Source of the DNA: Elusimicrobiota bacterium
GTDB lineage: Bacteria > Elusimicrobiota > Elusimicrobia > F11
NCBI GenBank assembly: GCA_046153645.1
Contig: JBJXGI010000042.1
Span: 93,097-157,096, forward strand
Direction: 5' to 3'
Length of the DNA stretch: 64,000 nt
Below the pieces are notes generated by a model that saw only the letters and a program-made list of their open reading frames with translations, made no database searches and was not told the DNA's origin. Below are positions 19,058-28,788 of the stretch, one piece after another (the first letter of the stretch is position 1; the number at the start of each line of letters is the position of its first letter). Both the position numbers and the translations under genes were made by a program.

Positions 19058-19995
19058 GCATGATTTTTTAATTGTTCTAAAGTTTTATCCAATAAAAGTT
19101 TCTGAGATGAGACCGCAACATTTTTCTCAACATGTTGAGATTTTCGCATTCCAGGGATAACCGCTGATACCGCTTTATGGGCTAAAATAAATTTAAGCGC
19201 CAAATCAGTCATCAGTGGTGTGTCGGGATTCAAAAACTCTTTCAACTTTTCAACTCGTTCTACGGTCTGTTTTAAATGATCTCCTTGGAAGTATTGCGCA
19301 CGAAAGTCCCCTTTTTCAAATTTAGTTTCAAGATTTAATGTTCCCGTAAGCCCACCTTCATCAAAAGGAACCCGAACAATAACTGCCACCTTATGTTTTT
19401 CGCATAAGGGGAAAAGGTTTTTTGTCGGAGATTGATCGAAAATGTTAAAAATAACTTGAACAGAATCTATCAGTCCTGAAGAAACCAACTGAAGCGCGGA
19501 GTCAGGATCATGATCATTAATAGAAACACCAAATGCTTTTATTTTTCCGGATTTCTTGAGCTGTTCTACCGTTGTTTTCCATTCGTCTTGATTTAACCAG
19601 GCATCAGACCACACATGCAATTGAGTTAAATCAAGATAATCGCGCTTCAATTTTTTTAGACTTCTCTCTGTGCAGGATTTTATCCAATCTGCGGGAAAAA
19701 CTTCTTTTAAAGGGGTCTTCGGATTTCCAGGCCATTCATCATTTTTCGGAGGGATTTTAGTCGCGATAATGGCAGCTTTTCCTTTCAATACTTGGCCCAT
19801 TAACTCTTCGCTATGGCCATCGCCATACACATAGGCGGTATCAAAAAAATTTATTCCTTTATCCCAAGCCAGGTTCAGAGATTTAGAGGATTCTTGATCA
19901 TCTGTTGAACCCCACCAATTTCGACCAATACCCCATCCACCGTATCCAATTTCAGAAATATTCCAATTTGTTCTTCCAAATACTCTTTTATTCAT
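19024..19995 (-). CDS. Aldo/keto reductase family oxidoreductase
   Basis: N-terminal segment with AKR motifs (IGYGGWGIG, DTAYVYGDGHSEELMGQVLKG). Length fits the AKR fold. Confidence 0.8.
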   Translation of the reverse strand: MNKRVFGRTNWNISEIGYGGWGIGRNWWGSTDDQESSKSLNLAWDKGINFFDTAYVYGDGHSEELMGQVLKGKAAIIATKIPPKNDEWPGNPKTPLKEVFPADWIKSCTERSLKKLKRDYLDLTQLHVWSDAWLNQDEWKTTVEQLKKSGKIKAFGVSINDHDPDSALQLVSSGLIDSVQVIFNIFDQSPTKNLFPLCEKHKVAVIVRVPFDEGGLTGTLNLETKFEKGDFRAQYFQGDHLKQTVERVEKLKEFLNPDTPLMTDLALKFILAHKAVSAVIPGMRKSQHVEKNVAVSSQKLLLDKTLEQLKNHAWQRNFYGWWN

Positions 19996-20004
19996 TTTAA
20001 ACCT

Positions 20005-20601
20005 CTATAAAAAAAATGGTTTTATGTGATAACAAAGAGCTAAGGTTAAAGCGCCAAAAAAGGGAATTGTAAAATTGTCATCTAATTTTATAATTCCTTT
20101 TTCCACCCAAGTAGCAATGATGGCTCCCCAAATAACTCCTGACCATCCATATTCAGGTCTTAATAAAATATATCCAATAAAAAAACAAAGCAAAAAACAG
20201 GCAGCGCTCCCAACAATCTTTTTAGGTGATCTTGGCCATGCTGGACCTTGAAGGCGCTTTCCCACAAGACTCGCAATGGCATCTCCTAAAATCAAATAAA
20301 GAAGAGCACAAACAGCTAAAGAAGGGGGAGGCAATATCACAGAAACCAATAACACGCCTAACAACATCCAAAAAACACCTGTAAAATGTTCGCGTTCATG
20401 TTCCCGAATCAAGGATCCAAAATACTTTAAAAAAAGTGTTCGAAAAAACGTGTTTTTTAACCGAAGGTATTCAATCATAATTTCTGAAAGTAAAACCAAT
20501 AAAATAATAATGATAAAGATATGCCGAGGGCAATAAACCAAACCCAATACATATATAAAGGAAGTAAAATGAAATAATTTTCTTTTAATTTCTGGCCACA
20601 T
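20005..20601 (-). CDS. Polytopic membrane protein resembling CTP-dependent polyprenol/diacylglycerol kinases (CdsA/SEC59 superfamily)
   Basis: Five or six transmembrane helices. The C-terminal segment LGDAIASLVGKRLQGP....KKIVGSAA resembles the CTP-binding loop of CdsA/dolichol-kinase proteins. Confidence 0.4.
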   Translation of the reverse strand: MWPEIKRKLFHFTSFIYVLGLVYCPRHIFIIIILLVLLSEIMIEYLRLKNTFFRTLFLKYFGSLIREHEREHFTGVFWMLLGVLLVSVILPPPSLAVCALLYLILGDAIASLVGKRLQGPAWPRSPKKIVGSAACFLLCFFIGYILLRPEYGWSGVIWGAIIATWVEKGIIKLDDNFTIPFFGALTLALCYHIKPFFL

Positions 20602-20759
20602 AATAGGAAGATTGAGTCAAATCATACCTTTAACGAGTCTAAAAATCAGCTGGTTTACGATGACCCTCAAGTTTTCCCCGTTTCTTAACCTCTCCTTAAA
20701 GCTTTCTTAAAGCCTCTGGGTTATGATGATATTGTAAAGAAACAGGGAGGAACTTAAAT

Positions 20760-20954
20760 ATGGACTCAATACAAGGCTTCAGAGAAAGATTAGCAGCGTT
20801 GGATACCATGCTCAATACAATGAAATCCTCGCATGTACGGATACAACAACTAAAAAGAAGCGTCTATGTTTTAAAATCATTACTAAGGGAAGAAAAAGGG
20901 ATTCAATCTCCCTATGGACCCGAGACTCCCATCGCTAAGTTTTCTCTACAATAA
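20760..20954 (+). CDS. Small coiled-coil protein (64 aa)
   Basis: Good Shine-Dalgarno sequence (GGGAGGA, 8 nt spacer) before the ATG. No similarity recognised. Confidence 0.35.
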   Translation: MDSIQGFRERLAALDTMLNTMKSSHVRIQQLKRSVYVLKSLLREEKGIQSPYGPETPIAKFSLQ

Positions 20955-20982
20955 TTAGTTTTAATTTACATAGAATGAGCTG

Positions 20983-22269
20983 GTGAAAAGAAAAATTCTC
21001 TTTTACCAGCTCATTTTTTTTCTATGCTCTTTTCTTAGCGCGCTTGAAACAACATCACCCTCACTTAAGGAGCCTCATTTGATTCGCATTCGAGATTTAA
21101 GCCCAAATATCATTATCGATATGCGTTATGCCTCAACAAATAACTTCACCGGCAAAGTTCTTTATGATGCCAATGAATGTTATCTATGTGAACCTGCTGC
21201 TCATCGTTTAATTCGCGTACAAAAAAAATTAGAAAAAAAAGGACTTGGTCTTAAAATTTGGGATTGTTACCGTCCTTTATCAGTCCAAAAAAAATTGTGG
21301 GACATTGTTCCAGATCCACGATATGTGGCTGATCCCAAAACAGGATCCAGACACAACCGCGGTGCTTCCATCGATTTGACATTGGTAGATAAAACAGGAA
21401 AAGAGCTTGAAATGCCAACGGCTTTTGACGAATTCTCTGAAAAAGCCCATCGCACTTATATGAATCTTCCTGTATTAGCTCTAAAAAACCGTGAGCTTCT
21501 TCAAACAGCAATGGAAGCAGAAGGTTTTACAGGATTAGTAACGGAATGGTGGCACTTTGACGACCCGCAGTGGAATCACTTTGCTTTGAGAGATGAGCCC
21601 CTCAGCGACTCCCGACTATTATCCGATCAATATACAACTCATCCTCTCAATGAAAATGTTGAACAACTGGTGGTGGTTGTCACGCCACAGGAAAGTGCCA
21701 CCCAGGGGGAATTGAGTCGTTTTGAGAAAATCGAAGGCCAATGGAAAAAGGCAGGGAAAAGTTGGAAAGTAAGTTTAGGTACCAAAGGCGCAAGCAACAA
21801 AAAAATCGAAGGGGATAAAAAAAGCCCGTTGGGCTTATTCGATATTGGAAAAGCCTATGGAAAAGCGCCCAGCGCCCCTCCTCATTCAAAATGGCCTTAT
21901 CAACCTTTAACAGAAGGATGGGTTTGTGTAGATGACCCTAGATCAACTTACTATAACCAAGTTTTTGACTCAAAAAAAATAAAGAAAAAAGACTGGGGTT
22001 CTGCAGAGAACATGATAAACCAAGGACATTTATATGAATGGGTTATTAATATTGAATACAATACGCCTAACCCCCAACCGCAAAAAGGGAGTTGTATTTT
22101 TATGCATGTCTGGAGAAAAGAAGATTCAGGTACCGAAGGCTGCACCGCTATGGAAAAAAGCCATATCGTTGAACTTCTTCAATGGCTTAAACCGAGCGCA
22201 AAACCTCAAATTCTTCAAACGACGTTAGAGTCGTATGAATTATTTAGAAACGTTTGGAACCTTCCCTAA
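20983..22269 (+). CDS. Secreted fusion protein: M15 D-Ala-D-Ala dipeptidase (VanX/DdpX-like) N-terminal domain plus L,D-transpeptidase (YkuD) C-terminal domain
   Basis: Signal peptide. The VanX-like core reads IIIDMRYAS, WDCYRP and SRHNRGASIDLTLVD. The C-terminus (CIFMHVW...GTEGCTAM) matches the L,D-transpeptidase catalytic H...GC motif. Confidence 0.65.
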   Translation: MKRKILFYQLIFFLCSFLSALETTSPSLKEPHLIRIRDLSPNIIIDMRYASTNNFTGKVLYDANECYLCEPAAHRLIRVQKKLEKKGLGLKIWDCYRPLSVQKKLWDIVPDPRYVADPKTGSRHNRGASIDLTLVDKTGKELEMPTAFDEFSEKAHRTYMNLPVLALKNRELLQTAMEAEGFTGLVTEWWHFDDPQWNHFALRDEPLSDSRLLSDQYTTHPLNENVEQLVVVVTPQESATQGELSRFEKIEGQWKKAGKSWKVSLGTKGASNKKIEGDKKSPLGLFDIGKAYGKAPSAPPHSKWPYQPLTEGWVCVDDPRSTYYNQVFDSKKIKKKDWGSAENMINQGHLYEWVINIEYNTPNPQPQKGSCIFMHVWRKEDSGTEGCTAMEKSHIVELLQWLKPSAKPQILQTTLESYELFRNVWNLP

Positions 22270-24696
22270 TTCGCCTTCAAATCCTTTAGAAATTTTCTCA
22301 ATGGCTTCTTCTGCCAAGCGCATCAGCCGCCCGTCACGATCGCCGGTGATTAATTCTTTTAATGCGGGAATACAGCGTTCATCTCCTAACTGTTGAAGAA
22401 CTCGAACGGCAGAAATTTGAACCAACAAAAAGGAATCTTGAGTCAATTCACATAAACGTTTTTGAATGCCCATTTCAGGCGTGTTGTATGAAGCCAAACA
22501 TCGAATAGCGGCCATTCTCAATTTATGAGAATGCCCCAACTTTGAATAGGCAAGAAAAGTAGGAATCCATTCTATGGATTTTGTGGCGGCCAAGCCTTCT
22601 AATGCCGCTTGACGAATAACATCGTTCCACGAATTTTTTTCAAGCGCTTCTTTTAAGTATTGCGAACTTTGCGGATGACGAAGTGCCCCCAATGTTCTCA
22701 AACCTTCAGCTTCAGCAAAGTAACTGGCTTCTTTACGATAAGCTTTCGCCACAAAATCACTCACTTCGTAGCTTTTATAGTTTTTAAGCGCCGCGTAAAT
22801 AGCACGCCTTACTTTAGGGTGATCAATCACATCCAAACTGTTCAACAAAACCTTAGAGGACCCTTGGGTTCCAAAACTACTTATAGCGCGAACAATTTCG
22901 GCTTGAACGGCCCAGAATGGTTCTTCCAACAATTGCTGTCGTAAAATTTGGAAAGCATTTTGACTTTTGATATTTCCGAGAGTTTGCGCGGCGTCAAGTC
23001 GACCCAAAATATTTTTATCACATTGAAGTTGCAGCTGCCACATCTTTTCAGATTTTGAAAAATCAACTTTTTTAAGAAATATATGATCAGGATCAAACAA
23101 GATCAACTCTGGTTCTTTTTCGCATTTAAATTTAAAAAGATGCGACTTTTTAGATATGGGCGCTTTTACTCTTTTTTCTTTTGAATTAATGAGAAACAAA
23201 AATTCAGCTGACAAATCAAATAATCCAACTTCAGCGGTTTGGGCCTGTGTTTGCGTGAGCCGAAAAACCATTTCTTTATTTCGACTGTCCCACCAAGACC
23301 GTATTTTCAACTCTGGGTGGCCAGCTCCAAAAATCCATTGATCAAAAAATTTGCGCATATTTCGACCCGTGGCTTCTTCAATGGCATTAATCAAATCAAG
23401 AGTTTCTACTGTTTTACCTGCGTTTTTTCTTACATAAAGCGCGATGGATTTCCAAAATAGGTCGTCCCCCAAAATTCCTCGCAACATATGCAAAACCAAA
23501 GACCCTTTTTCATATAAGTGACGGTCGAATAAATCAGTTGGGCGTTTAAAAACTTTGGTTGAAATGGGACGACGATAATGTTCTTTATCTTCTTGGAAAT
23601 AAGCCTCTGCGTTACCGCGGAGGTGATAATAGAATTCATCATCACCTTTATCGTATTGCTTAAACAACGGGTCAAAATAAGTCGCGAAACTCTCATTTAA
23701 CCACGCATGAGACCAATCTTTACAGGTAAGATAATCACCAAACCACTGATGCGCTAATTCATGAGCCACCAATTCATCGCTATTGTAATCAAGACTTACC
23801 CGAGCGTCTAACAACGCGCTATCGGTTTGGGTCGTAGCAGAGGTGTTTTCCATGCCTCCATAAATAAAATCAGCAGCGGCAATTTGCGCATATTTGGCAA
23901 AAGGATAAGCGGTCCCAATCTTCTTTGAGAAAAACTCCAACATTTTGGGGGTTTTCCCAAAAGCCCTTTGTGTGTCGGCTTCTCGCCCCTTTTCGCAATA
24001 ATAAGTTACAGGAATATGGCGCCATTTGTCTTTAAGTTCAGAAAATCGACCCACAGTGAGCGTCACCAAATAAGTCGCGTGTGGAATATCGTGCCGCCAA
24101 TGAAATACTTCCTTTGATTTAGATTGTGATTTTTTAATGAGTTTTCCATTAGAGACAGCTGTGAACCCATGAGGAACAGTGACAACAATTTCAGTGGTGG
24201 TCCTTTCATGAGGGGCATCATGACATGGGAACCAATAACGCGCATATTCATCTTCACCTTGAGTCCAAGCCTGCGTAGGATTTTTTGGATAGAACTTATT
24301 GGGTTTAACAAAATAAAGACCCATTTTTGGTTTGGTTACTGAATAATCAATATCAATGGTTACTATGGTTCCCGCTTTAACGGGAGTAAGCGCATTAACT
24401 GAAATTTTTCCATCTTTATAGCTATAAGTGACTTTTTTCCCATTCCAAAAAATTCTTTCAATCTCAAAATGGACCGCATCAAAAGTCATTATAGAGACCC
24501 CATCAACAATGGCTTTTAACGTTGTTGTGCAACGGCCCCATAATTTTTCTTTATTCAAATCTATCTCAATGGCCAACTTAATGTGTTCAGTATCGAAAGT
24601 TCGATCAGGAGCGTACGAAGCAGAAGACCCCTTTAAAGTAAAACGGGCATCCCAAGATCCAATTGATTTGCGACAAATATGCTGTTGTGTCATCAT
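22240..24696 (-). CDS. pepN: Aminopeptidase N (M1 family) with C-terminal HEAT-like domain. The start is probably the MMTQQ Met at 24696 rather than the ORF-track Met at 24795.
   Basis: GAMEN-like motif GGMENTS, zinc motif HELAHQWFGDYLT...WLNESFATY, and HEAT-like repeats at the C-terminus. Confidence 0.85.
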   Translation of the reverse strand: MMTQQHICRKSIGSWDARFTLKGSSASYAPDRTFDTEHIKLAIEIDLNKEKLWGRCTTTLKAIVDGVSIMTFDAVHFEIERIFWNGKKVTYSYKDGKISVNALTPVKAGTIVTIDIDYSVTKPKMGLYFVKPNKFYPKNPTQAWTQGEDEYARYWFPCHDAPHERTTTEIVVTVPHGFTAVSNGKLIKKSQSKSKEVFHWRHDIPHATYLVTLTVGRFSELKDKWRHIPVTYYCEKGREADTQRAFGKTPKMLEFFSKKIGTAYPFAKYAQIAAADFIYGGMENTSATTQTDSALLDARVSLDYNSDELVAHELAHQWFGDYLTCKDWSHAWLNESFATYFDPLFKQYDKGDDEFYYHLRGNAEAYFQEDKEHYRRPISTKVFKRPTDLFDRHLYEKGSLVLHMLRGILGDDLFWKSIALYVRKNAGKTVETLDLINAIEEATGRNMRKFFDQWIFGAGHPELKIRSWWDSRNKEMVFRLTQTQAQTAEVGLFDLSAEFLFLINSKEKRVKAPISKKSHLFKFKCEKEPELILFDPDHIFLKKVDFSKSEKMWQLQLQCDKNILGRLDAAQTLGNIKSQNAFQILRQQLLEEPFWAVQAEIVRAISSFGTQGSSKVLLNSLDVIDHPKVRRAIYAALKNYKSYEVSDFVAKAYRKEASYFAEAEGLRTLGALRHPQSSQYLKEALEKNSWNDVIRQAALEGLAATKSIEWIPTFLAYSKLGHSHKLRMAAIRCLASYNTPEMGIQKRLCELTQDSFLLVQISAVRVLQQLGDERCIPALKELITGDRDGRLMRLAEEAIEKISKGFEGELGKVPNVSK

Positions 24697-24796
24697 GTCT
24701 GTTTCATCCTCCTCACCATTTGTTCCATTGAAAGGTACAAAATATAAAATTTTACCCTTGGCAGGGAAACAAAGAAGCCCGTAAACTATAGGCACA

Positions 24797-25357
24797 ATGT
24801 CCCGAAACCTGCTGATACTATTTAGTCTCTTGTTTTTTTCTCTTCCTCCTATAACTCAAGGAGCAGAAAAGAGAACACATAAATCAATTCATATAAAAAA
24901 ACTAACACAACAAATAAATTTCTTTATAGAAAAAAAGAATTATTTAGCAGCACTGAATACCAATTCCCAGCTTCTTAAACTTGATCCAAAAAACCGTTTT
25001 GCCCTTAAGCAGTCAAAATTGTTATCCCAAATTGTTTTTGAAAAAGAACTAAAAAACGCCGCATCAAAAGAAAAAAAAGGGGATCTTGAAGGGGCTCACC
25101 TTGCTTACACAAAAGCACTTTCTATTCAAAATAATGCCACCATCAAGAAAAAGACCGATGAATTAAATAAGTTATTAAAAAGTAAAAAAGAAAAAGAATC
25201 TGAGGCTATATACCTAAAAGCATTAGAAGCCTTTCAAAAAGGCGACACGAAGAAAGCATCTGTCCTTTGCGAACAAGCACTGATTGTTAATCCTAACAAC
25301 ATCTATGCCCAAAAAATGTCAGGGAAGCTTAAATTCCGAATTAACCACTCCAAATAA
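24797..25357 (+). CDS. TPR-repeat protein with signal peptide
   Basis: Signal peptide (LLFFSLPPITQGA) followed by TPR-like helical repeats (YLAALNTNSQLLKLDPKN, GAHLAYTKALSIQNN, ASVLCEQALIVNPNN). Confidence 0.55.
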   Translation: MSRNLLILFSLLFFSLPPITQGAEKRTHKSIHIKKLTQQINFFIEKKNYLAALNTNSQLLKLDPKNRFALKQSKLLSQIVFEKELKNAASKEKKGDLEGAHLAYTKALSIQNNATIKKKTDELNKLLKSKKEKESEAIYLKALEAFQKGDTKKASVLCEQALIVNPNNIYAQKMSGKLKFRINHSK

Positions 25358-25431
25358 AATATTTTTTGAGGATGCCCATCCTTGCAGAGAAGGGAATTTG
25401 GGTTATATTTTATATTTCTCAAAACTCGCCA

Positions 25432-25460
25432 TTGACTTCTAGTAAGACATGCCTAATAAT
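25432..25460 (+). promoter_or_regulatory. Candidate sigma70-type promoter for the 25543 gene
   Basis: TTGACT at 25432-25437, a 17-nt spacer, then TAATAAT at about 25455-25460. Confidence 0.3.
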
Positions 25461-25542
25461 CATTAAGGAAATTAGATAATCGCATGGTTGGTAATTTCGT
25501 TATCTATACTTCACGATTAAAAGCTGTAAATTTCGGAGGTCA

Positions 25543-26028
25543 ATGGCAATGCAAAAACAATTATTTGGTTTTTTAAATGTCAAATTCAGGCTAAAAAGAG
25601 CGCTTGTGATATCGGCCGTTCTTTCGATTGTTTTTTTACAAACAAACTGTTATGCAGATGGTGAAATCATAACTTACCCACAAAAACTCGGAGATCCCAT
25701 CAGTGCACTTGGTGAAGGTAGTATTAGTAAGTTTGCTATTTTTGATACATGTGACGACGCTATTAAGACTGCCAAGGATTATTATTTCGGTGCGCTTACT
25801 AAAGTAGCGAGAGCTTGTCAGAACCTAGGTGGTCGAACTCAGTGGGGTCCGGAAGTGTTCAACCCGGGTCACAATACTTGTCGACAAGTAGAAGATCGAC
25901 TTGTTCATACAAGATCCATAAACGGTACATGCGCAGAAGTTCATGTGGCACCACCGCCACATGACGCGCCAATACAAGATCCGGTAAATCCAATGCCAAC
26001 ACCAACGCCAACACCAGAGATGTATTGA
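25543..26028 (+). CDS. Small secreted Cys-rich protein with a PTPTPTP tail
   Basis: Signal peptide, six Cys residues, and the C-terminal repeat NPMPTPTPTPEMY. Followed by a strong terminator. Confidence 0.5.
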   Translation: MAMQKQLFGFLNVKFRLKRALVISAVLSIVFLQTNCYADGEIITYPQKLGDPISALGEGSISKFAIFDTCDDAIKTAKDYYFGALTKVARACQNLGGRTQWGPEVFNPGHNTCRQVEDRLVHTRSINGTCAEVHVAPPPHDAPIQDPVNPMPTPTPTPEMY

Positions 26029-26055
26029 TAAATCAAGTTTTGGTCAATCTTATTA

Positions 26056-26102
26056 AAGGGGAAGAAAAACTTAAATTTTTCTTCCCCTTTCTCTTTTATT
26101 TT
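26056..26102 (+). terminator. Rho-independent terminator
   Basis: Perfect 14-bp stem AAGGGGAAGAAAAA / TTTTTCTTCCCCTT with a 6-nt loop, followed by TCTCTTTTATTTT. Confidence 0.7.
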
Positions 26103-26167
26103 AGAACACCAAAAATCATAAATCTCAAGGTTTCTATTTTCTAATTTAGTTAAACTTAAACGATCAA

Positions 26168-27547
26168 ATGAAAAATACAGAAAAAAATCACTTTTCGTTG
26201 TATTTCAATTATTTGTTTCTTATCTCATTGGTTTTACTGTTTTCATGGTGCTTTAGTTACGTTATCACTAGACTCCATATTATTCCACTAACTCTACTAT
26301 TAATTACTTTAACCTTATGGTTTATAAAACCTAAATGTGCATTTGGATCAGTCCTATTTTTTGCGCCATTGCTCCCAAACTACCTCCAGAGCCCCTTAAT
26401 AGAAGCGCATCTTTTACTTTTGTTTATCCTTTGGATATCTACAAATCAAAAAAAAATTGTCGATCATATGAGCCGTAATGCCATATTAAAATTTCTCACA
26501 CTACTAATTGGATTCCATGTATTTATTTTCATTGTTTTAAACCCTGAAACGGAAAATATTTTAATGAATTGGGTAAAAATTCCTTATTACATTTTTACAG
26601 ATGCGGGTTGGGAAAATTTAAGTTTTAGGTTAAGTTTTACTATTCTAGAAATTTACACGCTCATTCTTTTTATTCATTCCACCTTTAACAAAGATGATTT
26701 GAATTGGATTTCAAAAATTTTAATGGCTTCTTTTTTTATTGTATGTTTAGCGTCAATAAGACATAACAATATCCTCACCAATTGCACTTTTATCTCACCT
26801 CGAACCATTCGAATTAAAGCTCAGTTTACTCATCCGAATCTACTTGCTTCATATTTGATAATGGTTATTCCCTTATTTTTTAACTGGATAAATAAATTTA
26901 AATTACTCTATTTCTTATTTTTCACTCTTGGTGTTATTGCGCTTATATTCACTGGATCAATGGGTGGTGCTATTGCCTTTTTCATAGGAATTTTAATCTA
27001 TTGTTTGTCTCTTGAAAAATTAAGAAGATCCCATATTTTTAAAATTCTGGTCATTTCTCTTATTTTTATTTTACTCATGATTAGTGGCAAGATTATTCAT
27101 GAGAAGATTAAAAGTATTGGGCTTCAATCTGCTAGTCATGGCAGACTCTTTATTTGGCGAAGTGCCTTCTCGAGTATTAAAGAAAACCCCCTATTTGGAA
27201 CTGGCCTAGGAACCTCTCATCAATCTATTAAAAAATATTATTTTTATCCTGAGGGAGGAGATCATTTATACCCTCATGCTCATAACATCTACATTGATGC
27301 GCTCCTTCAAACTGGGATATTAGGTGGAATTTTGTCATTCATTCCCTTTGGATATATATTCTGGAAGAAAAAAGGATTATTAAGAGATCAGAACACCTCA
27401 ATAGAAAAAGCATTTTTTATTGGACTTATAAGCATACTCATACATAGTATTTTTGACTCAACACCCTGTTTTTTCATTATTTCATTTTTAATGGCTATAT
27501 TTTTTTCATTTTTATCCATGAATGAAAAAGTATTCCGGGAATCTTGA
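26168..27547 (+). CDS. O-antigen ligase/polymerase-like (Wzy_C family) polytopic membrane protein
   Basis: About 12 transmembrane helices. A periplasmic loop follows the helix FTGSMGGAIAFFIGILIY, as in the WaaL/O-antigen-ligase family. Confidence 0.5.
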   Translation: MKNTEKNHFSLYFNYLFLISLVLLFSWCFSYVITRLHIIPLTLLLITLTLWFIKPKCAFGSVLFFAPLLPNYLQSPLIEAHLLLLFILWISTNQKKIVDHMSRNAILKFLTLLIGFHVFIFIVLNPETENILMNWVKIPYYIFTDAGWENLSFRLSFTILEIYTLILFIHSTFNKDDLNWISKILMASFFIVCLASIRHNNILTNCTFISPRTIRIKAQFTHPNLLASYLIMVIPLFFNWINKFKLLYFLFFTLGVIALIFTGSMGGAIAFFIGILIYCLSLEKLRRSHIFKILVISLIFILLMISGKIIHEKIKSIGLQSASHGRLFIWRSAFSSIKENPLFGTGLGTSHQSIKKYYFYPEGGDHLYPHAHNIYIDALLQTGILGGILSFIPFGYIFWKKKGLLRDQNTSIEKAFFIGLISILIHSIFDSTPCFFIISFLMAIFFSFLSMNEKVFRES

Positions 27548-27596
27548 GATTCGTATTGAAAAATCAAAGCTATTCTAGTACGTTTATAGAACTTTC

Positions 27597-28787
27597 ATGT
27601 CAACTGAAATACCCCCTACAGCAGTACCAAGAAAAATGGTTCTTATTGTTGATGATGATCTCATCACCAGAGAATTATTCGCTGAATACTTAAGAGACAA
27701 CGGCTTTGGAATTGTTTTAGCAGAAAATGGCAAAACCGCCTTAAAACTCATTGATGAAAAACGCCCCGATATTATTCTTTTAGATGTCGTTTTACCTGAC
27801 ATGAGCGGTTATGACGTCATTAATGAACTAAAAACAAAACAACAAACAGCAAACATTCCTATCATCATGTGCACCGCCAACAACTCCAAACCTGAAGATA
27901 AAATTAAAGGGTTTAAATATGGAGCAGATGATTATCTGATTAAACCTTTTGAATTAGCCGAACTTCATGCTCGCATGCTGGCTGTGATGAGAAGATCACA
28001 AACAACAATCAAACCAGAAATGTTGAAAGGAATTTATGATGTACTTTCAAAAAAAAGTGAAGAGGTGCCTCTTGCTAAACCATCACCCGTCACTATTCCT
28101 GCGAATATAGCAACGCCACCAATAGAAGAAATAACACCTTTTGAAAGTACTCGATCAGAAAAGATTGACACAAAATCTCATCAGAAAAAAATTAATTTAT
28201 TTCACAGAATCTGGGAAATTCTAGTTTCCCCCAAAGAAGTTTTTAAATCTATAAATCCAGAACGAGATTTTTTAATTTCGTTACTAATTGTTTTTTTAAC
28301 ACCATTTACGGATAGTTTGGCCCAACTATTTAAAGGAGCGTCTCATTTTGATGCCTGGATTAGTTCAATTTCATTGGGATTGGTTATTAATGCCATTATG
28401 TGGATTGGAATAGGTGGAATATTAACTTTGGTTCTGCCTTTTTTTGGAAGACACTTAGAAATGAAAGAGGCACTCATCTTATCAGGAATATCATGGGTCC
28501 CAAGACTTTTAGGCGCAATTTTAACAGCCATTTATGGATCAATACAAATTGTTTCCTATATGCTAGATCGGAAAGATTTTTCTGCAGGTATTGACCTCAT
28601 TCCTTACTTGCCAAACAGTTCATGGGTTCAGTTTTTCTCTCAAGTGAGTGTTTTCGACCTCTGGTCGACTTGGCTTATTCTCTTAGGAATGTGGCATATG
28701 ATCGACGAAGATACAGCAAAATGGAATATTGGGACAATTATTATTGGGGTTATATGTTTAGCCTTTGGTACCCTAACAACCTATTAA
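27597..28787 (+). CDS. Response-regulator receiver domain fused to a Yip1-like five-helix membrane domain
   Basis: REC domain (MVLIVDDDLITRELF...IILLDVVLPDMSGYDV...KPF), a roughly 60-aa linker, then five transmembrane helices. The stop is 1 nt before the TolC-family gene. Confidence 0.7.
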   Translation: MSTEIPPTAVPRKMVLIVDDDLITRELFAEYLRDNGFGIVLAENGKTALKLIDEKRPDIILLDVVLPDMSGYDVINELKTKQQTANIPIIMCTANNSKPEDKIKGFKYGADDYLIKPFELAELHARMLAVMRRSQTTIKPEMLKGIYDVLSKKSEEVPLAKPSPVTIPANIATPPIEEITPFESTRSEKIDTKSHQKKINLFHRIWEILVSPKEVFKSINPERDFLISLLIVFLTPFTDSLAQLFKGASHFDAWISSISLGLVINAIMWIGIGGILTLVLPFFGRHLEMKEALILSGISWVPRLLGAILTAIYGSIQIVSYMLDRKDFSAGIDLIPYLPNSSWVQFFSQVSVFDLWSTWLILLGMWHMIDEDTAKWNIGTIIIGVICLAFGTLTTY

Positions 28788-28788
28788 A

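Noticed and set aside
25381-25400. Short hairpin GGATGCCCATCC after the TPR gene as a terminator
   Set aside because: It has only a 5-bp stem and no downstream T-tract, so it was not annotated.
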